From a virus (lineage: Duplodnaviria; Caudoviricetes), in IMG/VR virus record IMGVR_UViG_3300048853_000016, positions 1 through 43,799 of that record: DNA of 43,799 bases, one strand, 5' to 3'. The position numbers and the translations under genes were made by a program. Below are positions 35,926 to 43,799 of this stretch, piece by piece. Numbering within the stretch: the stretch's first letter is position 1; every line of letters starts with the position of its first letter. The notes beneath the pieces were generated by a model. It was not told where the DNA came from and ran no database searches. It saw nothing but the letters and a program-made list of their open reading frames with translations.

Positions 35926-37581
35926 TCAAAACGGAGGGTCGCCGTCCTGGGACAGCGTCTCGTCCTTGAAGCCCTGCTTGCTTGGCGGTTCGTCGATTGG
36001 GAGCAGACGCCCCGTCTCGCGGTCGTAGAGAATGAAGTCGGCCTCGCCCGTCTCGCCGAACTCTCGGCACTTCAGGACGCGGCTGATGGAAACGTCTCGG
36101 TTCTCGCCCTGCTGGTCCCGTTCGAGGGCGATCACGTTGTCGCTGAGCTGCTTCAAGGCACCGGAGCCACGGAGCTGGCTGAGCGTCACGCGCCCACCTT
36201 CTTCGTGCGGTTTCCCTTCAGGTTGCTTCAGATGGACGATGGCGATGATGCCAACGCCGGTCTCCTCGACCAGCGAGCGAAGCTTGGTCATGAGCTTGTC
36301 GATGTCTCGACGCTCACCCTCCCCGCTCCCTTCCGCGCCCGAGACCACGATGGAGATGTGATCGAGGACAATGAAGTTGCAGCCGAGCGCGACCCGCATG
36401 TACCTGATCTTGGCCAGCAGACTGTCCGCTTCCATCGAACCGAAATGGTCGTAGAAGAACATCCGCTGGTGGACCACGTCCTTGAGCGTCGAGGCCCAGG
36501 CTTCGGGCGTGATGAGATCAGGGTTCTTGCGGAGCTTGCCGAGCGGGACATCGTTGTGGATTGCAACGTAGCCTTGCGCGGTCTTCTTCAGGTTCTCCTC
36601 AAGATAGATGTTGCCGATCGTCAGGGTGTGATCCTGATGCAGACCGTAAGCGATCTCTCGAGCCAGAGTCGATTTGCCGACACCGGAGCCAGCCGTGAGC
36701 AAGGTCAGCTCCCCCTCGCGAAGGCCGCCGATCATTTCGTTCATCTTCGGATAGCGGATGGTGTACCCACTGATCGGTTCCTGCAGCTGATCGAGGGTGA
36801 TGTCGGCACCGTCGATGATTCCGTCTGGCCGATAGTCGCGGGCTTGCCAGATCGCGGTGACGACCTCCTCCCCCTTCCCCGCCAGCAACAGCTCGTTCGG
36901 GTCTTTCATCGGGAGGTGAGCGACCTTGCACTTCCCTGGAGGAAAAAGAGGTGCACATTCCGCGGTCGCCTGCCGTCCAGCGTCGTCCATATCGAACATG
37001 AGGATGACTTCCTCGAACGAGCAGAGCCATTCGAGCTGCTTGGACAGGGCCTTCTTCGCTGACTGCGCCCCATTCTGGATGGAGACGACAGGCCACTTAT
37101 TGCCCTGGAGCTGGCTGACCGTCATTGCGTCGATCTCACCCTCGGTGATCACGACCTTACGGCCCCCTGCTTTCCAGAGCTGCTGACCGAAGAGCAGCGA
37201 CTGTTTCATGTCGCCTGTCACGGTGAAGGTTTTGTCTTGGAACCGAACCTTCTGGGCGATTAGCTCCCCGCTCTCATTATAATAGGGAGCAAGGTGGACG
37301 AGCTGGTCCTTGAACCGTCCGATCTGGTAGCCGAACTTGCGGCAGGTTTCTTCGGTGATTCCGCGAGCCTTCAGCGCACGGTATTCACCACCGCTGATCA
37401 ATTCACGGGACATCGGTGATTTCTTTCTGGAGGTTGTACGTTCCGGGCCATCTCCCGGCTCGTAGTGGCCGCAGCCCTGCGTGAAGCAGAAGGCGTGGCC
37501 GTCCGAATAGCGGGCGAGATTGTCTCTCGACCCGCACGCGGGACATGGCTCCTTACGGATGAAGGAGCTGTCGGTTTCCAT
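35926..37581 (-). CDS. Primase/helicase (gp4-like)
   Basis: CPACGS zinc finger, TOPRIM TEGEIDA, Walker A GSGVGKS, LRGSG; possible gp4B-like internal start at 37413. Confidence 0.96.
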   Translation of the reverse strand: METDSSFIRKEPCPACGSRDNLARYSDGHAFCFTQGCGHYEPGDGPERTTSRKKSPMSRELISGGEYRALKARGITEETCRKFGYQIGRFKDQLVHLAPYYNESGELIAQKVRFQDKTFTVTGDMKQSLLFGQQLWKAGGRKVVITEGEIDAMTVSQLQGNKWPVVSIQNGAQSAKKALSKQLEWLCSFEEVILMFDMDDAGRQATAECAPLFPPGKCKVAHLPMKDPNELLLAGKGEEVVTAIWQARDYRPDGIIDGADITLDQLQEPISGYTIRYPKMNEMIGGLREGELTLLTAGSGVGKSTLAREIAYGLHQDHTLTIGNIYLEENLKKTAQGYVAIHNDVPLGKLRKNPDLITPEAWASTLKDVVHQRMFFYDHFGSMEADSLLAKIRYMRVALGCNFIVLDHISIVVSGAEGSGEGERRDIDKLMTKLRSLVEETGVGIIAIVHLKQPEGKPHEEGGRVTLSQLRGSGALKQLSDNVIALERDQQGENRDVSISRVLKCREFGETGEADFILYDRETGRLLPIDEPPSKQGFKDETLSQDGDPPF

Positions 37582-37589
37582 CTCGGGAG

Positions 37590-37811
37590 CTAGATTGACC
37601 TGAGGGTTTTCGCGGCGATGCCCTTCCAGAGGTACCACTCGGAGCACGGGATAGCGGTCCCGACCTCATTGAAGCGATAGCAGGAATAAGCAGAGGCGGC
37701 TTTCGGGTGGACGGGCGCAGGAGCTTCGGCGACCCGGATGGCGATGAAGATCAGGAGAGCGAACATGAGCGCGGTCCTGACCGTGGCCCAGACGCGCTGC
37801 TCGTAGGTCAT
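37590..37811 (-). CDS. Hypothetical membrane protein
   Basis: ATGA-coupled; N-terminal TM. Confidence 0.6.
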   Translation of the reverse strand: MTYEQRVWATVRTALMFALLIFIAIRVAEAPAPVHPKAASAYSCYRFNEVGTAIPCSEWYLWKGIAAKTLRSI

Positions 37812-38050
37812 GCAGCCACCCGACCGGCCTGACGTAGGAAGTATTCGGCGTAGACCTTGCCGTTGACGTCGGTGCGGTTCACCGACTTGATCTTGTGACC
37901 AGCCTGACGCAGCTCGCAGATGCGGGCAGCGAGACGCTCGGCACCAAACAGGGCGCGGGCCTTGATCGGCGTCAGCGTGTTGCCAGCCAGGAGGAAGTGA
38001 AGGATGCGACCCGACTGAGACTTCGGGCTGAAGGTCTTCTGGTTTGCCAT
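37808..38050 (-). CDS. Small winged HTH protein
   Basis: LTPIKARALFGAERLAARICELRQAGHKI. Confidence 0.8.
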   Translation of the reverse strand: MANQKTFSPKSQSGRILHFLLAGNTLTPIKARALFGAERLAARICELRQAGHKIKSVNRTDVNGKVYAEYFLRQAGRVAA

Positions 38051-38074
38051 TGTTCTCTCACAGATTGAGGTCGT

Positions 38075-38112
38075 AAAAACGAAAAGACCCCCACGGCAGG
38101 AACCGTGAGGGC
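38075..38112 (-). terminator. Intrinsic terminator after amidase
   Basis: GCCCTCACGG-TTCCTG-CCGTGGGGGT followed by CTTTTCGTTTTT. Confidence 0.75.
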
Positions 38113-38127
38113 TAGTTGGAGGTCATG

Positions 38128-38144
38128 CATATGTCAGGGGTAAT
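38128..38144 (-). promoter_or_regulatory. Phage RNAP promoter
   Basis: ATTACCCCTGACATATG. Confidence 0.85.
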
Positions 38145-38776
38145 CAGTCCGGCAGGCGGATGAGCTGCCCTAGTTTGAGCTGCGACGGATCAAGCAGCGG
38201 GTTCGCCCTGAGGAGCTGATCGACGGTGTAGCCGAACCGCTTCGCGAGGCTGAAGACAGTGGGATGTGCGTTCGTCACCTCGACGCAGCGGATGATCCTG
38301 TCTAGATCGGCTGTCTCGGGGGTGACTGCGGACGTGTCAAAGACGCCCGTCTCGTTGATCCACTTGCGGACATCGAACGAGGGGCATGCCTTCTTGACGT
38401 TCGGGAAATCTCGGTGACCCTGAACCTTGGCGTTCGGGTACTTGGCTTTCAGCCTGCAGAGCTTCTCAGCCAGGGCGGCATATTGTGCCGGGGTGAAATT
38501 GTCCTCGGGCTTGCCGGTCGCGTCGATACCGCCGACCATGCAGATTCCGATGGAGTTCGAGTTGAAGTTCTCGACGTGTGCGCCGACCACATTCTCAGGT
38601 CGACCGGCTTCGATGGTGCCATCACGTCGGATGACGAAGTGATAACCGATGTCGATCCAGCCCTTCTCACGATGCCACTGGCGGATTTCCTTCACACCAA
38701 CATTGGCCTTGGGCTGGGTGGCTGAGCAGTGGACGACGAGATAATCAGTCCGCTTGCGCGGGGTGAATAGGCTCAT
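38144..38776 (-). CDS. N-acetylmuramoyl-L-alanine amidase (gp3.5-like) with C-terminal LysM
   Basis: VVHCSAT, DIGYHF, GHRD, KACPSF; TVFSLAKRFG.TVDQLLRANP...L..GQ.I.LP. Confidence 0.93.
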   Translation of the reverse strand: MSLFTPRKRTDYLVVHCSATQPKANVGVKEIRQWHREKGWIDIGYHFVIRRDGTIEAGRPENVVGAHVENFNSNSIGICMVGGIDATGKPEDNFTPAQYAALAEKLCRLKAKYPNAKVQGHRDFPNVKKACPSFDVRKWINETGVFDTSAVTPETADLDRIIRCVEVTNAHPTVFSLAKRFGYTVDQLLRANPLLDPSQLKLGQLIRLPD

Positions 38777-39179
38777 CGATCCATTCCTGGGGGATTAACT
38801 TGGCCGCGTACTTGAAGCCGTACTGCTCACACCAGTCAGCGTAGGTGGTGAGCGAGGTCTTGGAGATACGCGCCTTCGGGTTGGAGAACACGAACCGGAT
38901 GTCGAGATGTGGATGCTGCTCCTTGATCAGCCTGTGCTTCTTCCGGTCCTTGGAGGTGAACCGCCCTTTGGTCTCGATGATGATCCCGTTGGGCAGTCTG
39001 AAGTCAGGGGTGTAGGTGGAATTGGTGGCCGGGACTAAGTACTTGATCTTGCACTCCTCGTAGCGCGGGTCGATGCCCTGCGCCCTGAGTTGTTCAGCGA
39101 CCTTGTCCTCAAGTCCCGACCGGAATCCTTCACGAATACCCACCTGCTTCAGTTTGGCGGCAGGTGTTCGAAAGCCCAT
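38745..39179 (-). CDS. Endonuclease I / Holliday junction resolvase (gp3-like)
   Basis: FRSGLE, YTPDF, IETKGRF motifs. Confidence 0.95.
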   Translation of the reverse strand: MGFRTPAAKLKQVGIREGFRSGLEDKVAEQLRAQGIDPRYEECKIKYLVPATNSTYTPDFRLPNGIIIETKGRFTSKDRKKHRLIKEQHPHLDIRFVFSNPKARISKTSLTTYADWCEQYGFKYAAKLIPQEWIDEPIHPAQAD

Positions 39180-39910
39180 TAGAACGGCACGTCCTCGTCA
39201 ATGTCCGAGGACTTCGAGCTGTTTCCGTCGGCGTCATCCTCATCCACCACGTCCGACTCGTCGTATTCGTAGCCGTCCTCTTCGCCGAAGCCGTAGCTCG
39301 ACGCCGAGCGCTGACCACCGGAGACGAGGTCGATAATCTGGACAGCCGAGAGTTTCAGCTTCAGACCAGCCGCGCCGGTACCAGGGATGAAGTAGCCAGG
39401 GCCACCGTCCTCGTTGAGGCCGATAGTGAACGCCACCTTGGCGACGGTGCCCGACCAAATCTGCGGCACCTTCTTCATGAGGCGACCCTTGGCATCGAAG
39501 ACTTGCGGAGCAGCGGTCCACTTCTCCTCGTTCTTCTTGCCCTTATTGCGGATGCCAGACGCGGGCATCGCGAACTTGAACCGAATGTCGCCGGTCGGTT
39601 CTTCGGTCTCGTTGTCGTAGACCGTGGCGAAGAGATCGTTGCGCGTCACGCTGCCGAGCTTCTTGCGCGTCTCAATCTTCAGTTCCTTGAACTTGCGTTC
39701 GGCCCACTCCATCGCCTCGTCGTAGAAGGGCATCAGCTCGCCGATGAACTTCTTCGCTTCGGGGGAATCGCCCTTGATCAGGGCCTGGGTGGAGTACTCA
39801 CCATCCGGCTTGGGGTACTTCTCGTTGCCGTAGTCCGGCTTGTCCAACTTCGGGAACAGGAGAGTGACCCGAGGGGTGATGAGCTTGGGCGCCTTCTTGC
39901 GATCTGCCAT
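39179..39910 (-). CDS. ssb: ssDNA-binding protein (gp2.5-like)
   Basis: LKLSAVQIIDL, GFGEEDGY, acidic tail ending DEDVPF. Confidence 0.92.
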   Translation of the reverse strand: MADRKKAPKLITPRVTLLFPKLDKPDYGNEKYPKPDGEYSTQALIKGDSPEAKKFIGELMPFYDEAMEWAERKFKELKIETRKKLGSVTRNDLFATVYDNETEEPTGDIRFKFAMPASGIRNKGKKNEEKWTAAPQVFDAKGRLMKKVPQIWSGTVAKVAFTIGLNEDGGPGYFIPGTGAAGLKLKLSAVQIIDLVSGGQRSASSYGFGEEDGYEYDESDVVDEDDADGNSSKSSDIDEDVPF

Positions 39911-39930
39911 GTGAAATCCTGTTGAAATAG

Positions 39931-39959
39931 AAAAAGCCCCCGGCGTGGACCGAGGGCTT
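39931..39959 (-). terminator. Intrinsic terminator before ssb (TE-like)
   Basis: AAGCCCTCGG-TCCACG-CCGGGGGCTTTTT. Confidence 0.8.
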
Positions 39960-39984
39960 GTGAGAGAGGGGTTCGGGTTGGGGG

Positions 39985-40092
39985 TTAGAGAGCCAGCCAG
40001 AGGCGCTCCCCTGGCGGCTGGTAGGACTGGCACCCTGAGAGGAGCACCAGCACAACCATGAGGATGGAGAAGACGAGCACCGCCCTGGGCAT
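39985..40092 (-). CDS. Mini-lipoprotein (35 aa), not in ORF track
   Basis: MPRAVLVFSILMVVLVLLSGCQSYQPPGERLWLAL; LSGC lipobox; TGATG coupling. Confidence 0.65.
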   Translation of the reverse strand: MPRAVLVFSILMVVLVLLSGCQSYQPPGERLWLAL

Positions 40093-40580
40093 CAGAGCGT
40101 CCGCGTCTTCACCGGAGGCACGACGACCTTCGGGCGGTCAGCTTCGAAGATGGCTTCGAGGACATGGAAGGTACCGCCGTGGACCTTGGCCAGACGCTCG
40201 GCCTCGGCCTTCGCCAGCTTCTCGGAGGTGTGGATGACCGGCTTCGCGCTCGGCTTGTAGACACCGTTTTCCAAGAGGCAGACGATGAACCGACCGGCAT
40301 CGTGATTGACCGGCTCGATCATCCGCAGGAACTCATCGGCGAACATGAGCGTCGGCATGGTGCCGCTGACGCGCTCGACCGGGAACATCGCGTTCAGGTG
40401 ATCGCGGAGCTGACGGGCCTCGACCGGCGAGATCGTCATGCTGTTGAATTTCACGCCATCCTCCAAGATCAGGTTGACGTGGGTGGCCTTATCGGTGGTG
40501 GCGAGCTTCACGCGACCCGAGCGGAAGGTGTTGCTGCGGGACGGCTTGACGTTGACGGTCGCGTAGTAGGACTTGGACAT
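40092..40580 (-). CDS. Hypothetical phage protein (162 aa)
   Basis: GGAAG RBS; H.SEKLAKAEAERLAK..G..F.VLE C-terminal region. Confidence 0.75.
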   Translation of the reverse strand: MSKSYYATVNVKPSRSNTFRSGRVKLATTDKATHVNLILEDGVKFNSMTISPVEARQLRDHLNAMFPVERVSGTMPTLMFADEFLRMIEPVNHDAGRFIVCLLENGVYKPSAKPVIHTSEKLAKAEAERLAKVHGGTFHVLEAIFEADRPKVVVPPVKTRTL

Positions 40581-40610
40581 GTGACGCTTCTTCCGAGTGA
40601 AGTGCTGAGA

Positions 40611-40769
40611 TCAGCGGGTCTTGAAGTGGCGGCGTTCGAGGGAGGCGAGGTCGTAGCCTTCCTGCAGAAGCTGAGTGGCGAGGGTCAGGGAGATGCGACG
40701 GCCCTGCGACCAGACGGCGATGGCCTTCGCGAGCGGAGTGGTGAACTCCACGGTGTCTTCGATAATCAT
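40611..40769 (-). CDS. Small hypothetical protein (52 aa)
   Basis: GGAG RBS after tandem phage promoters. Confidence 0.6.
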   Translation of the reverse strand: MIIEDTVEFTTPLAKAIAVWSQGRRISLTLATQLLQEGYDLASLERRHFKTR

Positions 40770-40795
40770 GTTGGGAAAGCTCCAGGCAGTTAGTG

Positions 40796-40812
40796 CAGAT
40801 GTCAGGGGTAAT
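40796..40812 (-). promoter_or_regulatory. Phage RNAP promoter (phi1.1B-like)
   Basis: ATTACCCCTGACATCTG. Confidence 0.8.
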
Positions 40813-40857
40813 TGCCTGACAGGTTGACCCAGCGATCTGGGCGTTTGGTGCGATATG

Positions 40858-40874
40858 CATATGTCAGGGGTAAT
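40858..40874 (-). promoter_or_regulatory. Phage RNAP promoter (phi1.1A-like)
   Basis: ATTACCCCTGACATATG. Confidence 0.85.
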
Positions 40875-40912
40875 CACCCGAGAGACCCGGATGATTGTTC
40901 TTCAATGTGCGT

Positions 40913-40934
40913 TATAACCCACATGTGGATATAT
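40913..40934. promoter_or_regulatory. Operator-containing 22-bp repeat
   Basis: TATAACCCACATGTGGATATAT, identical to 43568-43589. Confidence 0.7.
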
Positions 40935-43447
40935 CAGGCGAAGAAAAACTCAGACTCCAACACAAGGTTGAGATCGAGGTTGCCCTTCGGCGGTAGCTCA
41001 GGGATGGCAGTCGGGTCATTGACCTGCGCCTCAAGATCGGCCTTGAAGCGGGCCAACACATCCACCTGTGCATACATCTGGACAAACTCCTCCCTTAGGA
41101 AGCGAGCGAGCGCACAGGCGTTGCCAGCATGAGTGCCGTAGCTGTCGTGGATCATTGAGAACGAGCGGATGCCCTCCTTATGTGCGCGGTTGATGGTCTT
41201 CATAAGATGAGAGGCGTCGAGCGAGTGAACCCAGTTCGGGCTGATGCCTGACGCCTGACGGCGGCTGTCGATCTTCCCCTCGCCCACCTGATAGGTCGGC
41301 TGGATGCGGACCTTCTCGAACGTGGTGTCGAGCATCTTCACATCAGGGACGCGGTAGGCTTGCATGACGAGGAAGCCGGTCGGCGTGGTCCACATGACCG
41401 GCAGACCATCCTTCGCAGCCACGCGGGCAGCAGTCTGGAGCCAGTCCATAGCGGCGCGAGCGGCAATCACCACCTCGCCCACGCTCTCCCAGATGAGCTT
41501 GCCCAGGTACAGGCAAGCGTCACCCCCGAAGTCCTTCAGCTGGCCGTCCTCCCCCGTCTTGATGAACGGATAGGTCGAGGCGCTTTCCTGACGCCACGGC
41601 TTCACCGTGTCCTCCTCGATCTGCTTGACGAAGCCATACTGGCGGGCGCCGTAGGCCAGCGTCATGACCGGACGCTTGGTCACCTTGCGGGTGACATGAC
41701 CCAGCCAAGCAATGGCCAGCTCGTTGCCTTCGGCCACATCCTTCGCGATGCGACGGTTCACCACGTCGGCGACGATCTGGTAGATGTCCGAGGGCTTCTC
41801 GCCGGGAACGAGATTGACGGCAGCACCGCCCACCTCGTCGAGCAGCATGGCCGAGAAGTTCTGCAGACCGTTGCAGGTACCGTCCATCTGGATAGGCAGC
41901 GACGACATGAAGCCGAAGCCTTCCCGCTGGAAGTCGGCCCATTCGAAGCAGAACGCCAGGGCAGACCACGGCTTGTCCGCGTCGAGCCAGAAGCGGTTCT
42001 CGTAGGGATCATTCGCGCAAGCGATGATCTGGTCGGAGTGATCCTCGATCCACTGGGCGCGCTCGCCCATCGAGACCTTGTCCACACCCCACAGGTTAGC
42101 CCCGTGAATTGCAAGCCAACGTGCGTCCTCCACATCCGTGATCGGCACGGCATTGGCGAACGTCAGCAGACCACGCTGCAGATCGTTACCTTGCGGGTGC
42201 AGATACAGCGGAACGGGATAGGCACGGCCACGCCAGTCGAGCTGGTGCGGGAAGTAGATTTCCTCCTCGGCGCGGAACTTCTTGGCGACCCAGAGCATGC
42301 GCAGGAGGTGCAGACGACGGCCCTTCATGCGACCGTTGAAGGCGTGGATGTCAGCCGCCCTGGCTTTCCATTCACGCAGTTCGGTCTCCATCTCGGGAGT
42401 CATCTCTTCCTTCGGCACGCGCCGTTCGCCCATCATCCAGACGGGCTTCGGCGGCATCGGCATGTCCATTGCGCAGGGCAGATCGCCCACGTCAGCGCCG
42501 CTGTTCCAGAAGTGCTCCATCACGTCGAGCACGCGCTCGTTGATGCGCCACGCGGTTTCCTGCAGAGCGTTCACCGCCCCGTAAACCTCAGGCATCTCAC
42601 GACCGGACAGCTCTTCGAGGTAGCTCGGATTGTGGGTCTTGACCAGACGAAGCGAGCGAATGTGCCGCGTCCAGTATCCACCCCCGGATACATCAGTCCA
42701 CGGCTTGGGCGGGATGACGGTCGGCATGTAGACCGGGGCCATCCATTCGATACGACGGTTCTCCTCCTCGATCCACTTCAAGGTCTCTTCGGTGGCTTCG
42801 ACAACGTAGACGGTACCCTTCTCGGAGGGGACCATATGCATCTGGACCAGACCGGTCGCCTGGACGAACAGCTCGATGAGCTTCGTGCCGAGGAGAACGC
42901 GGTCGCGATGAGACCACTCCTCCAGCTCGACGCCGAGTAGCTTGGCCGGGAACAGCAGGTGAGAGCGACGACGACGAGCGAGGTTCTCTTCCTTCGCCCG
43001 CTCATGAAACTTCTTGTAGGCGGCTGGCATCGCTGCCTTGAAACGGCGGGAATTGATCTCGTCTTCGATCAGCCCGGAGATCGCCGACGCAGCAGCAGCC
43101 AACGTGGCCCGCTGAGAGACGCCATCGAGCAAAGAGCGGATGGTGAGGTGAGCGACCATCTCCACGTCATCCGCCATCTTGATGAACTTCAGGGCGACAT
43201 GCTTACGACCAGCCTTGCCGCTGTTGCTCTCGGCGATGAACCCTTCGATGGCCTCGACCATCTTGTCGTGAGCATGAGAGACGAGTCTCTGGACTGAGCG
43301 TCCCTTCGTTTCCTGACGATGTTCCTTGTTCTTCTCCAGGTTGGTCCTGAACCTCTCGATCCCCATCCCCCTCATCTCTTCTTCAAGCTGAACCTGACGG
43401 TCGTAGTTCGGGTGATTGATGATGGTGTCGATGTCGATGGTGGTCAT
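40934..43447 (-). CDS. Single-subunit DNA-directed RNA polymerase (T7 gp1-like)
   Basis: DWRGRAY, DGTCNGLQ, RKVTKRPVMTLAYG, PNWVHSLDA, IHDSYG, C-terminal FFFA; GAGGA RBS. Confidence 0.98.
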   Translation of the reverse strand: MTTIDIDTIINHPNYDRQVQLEEEMRGMGIERFRTNLEKNKEHRQETKGRSVQRLVSHAHDKMVEAIEGFIAESNSGKAGRKHVALKFIKMADDVEMVAHLTIRSLLDGVSQRATLAAAASAISGLIEDEINSRRFKAAMPAAYKKFHERAKEENLARRRRSHLLFPAKLLGVELEEWSHRDRVLLGTKLIELFVQATGLVQMHMVPSEKGTVYVVEATEETLKWIEEENRRIEWMAPVYMPTVIPPKPWTDVSGGGYWTRHIRSLRLVKTHNPSYLEELSGREMPEVYGAVNALQETAWRINERVLDVMEHFWNSGADVGDLPCAMDMPMPPKPVWMMGERRVPKEEMTPEMETELREWKARAADIHAFNGRMKGRRLHLLRMLWVAKKFRAEEEIYFPHQLDWRGRAYPVPLYLHPQGNDLQRGLLTFANAVPITDVEDARWLAIHGANLWGVDKVSMGERAQWIEDHSDQIIACANDPYENRFWLDADKPWSALAFCFEWADFQREGFGFMSSLPIQMDGTCNGLQNFSAMLLDEVGGAAVNLVPGEKPSDIYQIVADVVNRRIAKDVAEGNELAIAWLGHVTRKVTKRPVMTLAYGARQYGFVKQIEEDTVKPWRQESASTYPFIKTGEDGQLKDFGGDACLYLGKLIWESVGEVVIAARAAMDWLQTAARVAAKDGLPVMWTTPTGFLVMQAYRVPDVKMLDTTFEKVRIQPTYQVGEGKIDSRRQASGISPNWVHSLDASHLMKTINRAHKEGIRSFSMIHDSYGTHAGNACALARFLREEFVQMYAQVDVLARFKADLEAQVNDPTAIPELPPKGNLDLNLVLESEFFFA

Positions 43448-43498
43448 TCTCATTCCTCGTCTTGCGTGGAAAGCGGCCCCTTCCGGGGGCGGGCTGTG

Positions 43499-43515
43499 CA
43501 TATGTCAGGGGTAAT
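43499..43515 (-). promoter_or_regulatory. Phage RNAP promoter upstream of the RNAP gene
   Basis: ATTACCCCTGACATATG. Confidence 0.85.
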
Positions 43516-43567
43516 TGGCGGCTGTGCCGGGCACACGATGTGTCATTTCCGGTATGTAATACCGAAC

Positions 43568-43589
43568 TATAACCCACATGTGGATATAT
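43568..43589. promoter_or_regulatory. Operator-containing 22-bp repeat
   Basis: Identical to 40913-40934. Confidence 0.7.
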
Positions 43590-43598
43590 GACAGCCGG

Positions 43599-43623
43599 AA
43601 AAAACCCGCCGATTCCAGCGGGT
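43599..43623 (-). terminator. Intrinsic terminator between att core and RNAP gene
   Basis: ACCCGCTG-GAAT-CGGCGGG followed by T6. Confidence 0.85.
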
Positions 43624-43673
43624 CTAGACTATAGAATGGGAGTATATTGCAGGGGTGGATTTTGGAGGATGGT

Positions 43674-43715
<42 letters not shown>

Positions 43716-43799
43716 GTTCAGACGACCGCACCGCCCAATCGCATTCCTCACAAGATCTCATCAGCGGAATGCCGCGGATATTCTTGGGCCATGCGAAAG

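Noticed and set aside
43448-43501. Longer RNAP start at 43501
   Set aside because: That ATG lies within the phage promoter; the GAGGA RBS fits 43447
43716-43799. Host tRNA promoter
   Set aside because: No convincing -35/-10 pair in the 84 bp available

Overview
Almost the whole window (112-43687) is one apparently intact T7-like (Autographiviridae) prophage, read on the minus strand. The host is probably an alphaproteobacterium (inference). It is integrated via a 14-bp core (AGAACCTAAATCTG) in the anticodon arm of a host tRNA-Leu(TAG) gene. Neither junction rebuilds that tRNA, but the phage carries its own complete tRNA-Leu(TAG) beside the integrase. It has T7-type core genes (single-subunit RNAP, SSB, endonuclease I, amidase, primase/helicase, PolA, exonuclease, portal, capsid, tail, internal virion proteins, terminase), plus ThyX, NrdJ, glutaredoxin, MazG-like protein, a tyrosine integrase and a MarR-type repressor. 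Non-coding signals read from the sequence: six phage-RNAP promoters, about 12 dispersed 16-bp quasi-palindromic operator-like sites, several terminators and two hammerhead ribozymes in the early region. Accessory morons include a Ser/Thr kinase ending in an SSB-like DDDIPF tail next to a SieB-like membrane protein, a STAS/HATPase protein and a wHTH-TM protein. Product calls come from motif recognition and synteny only; no searches were run.
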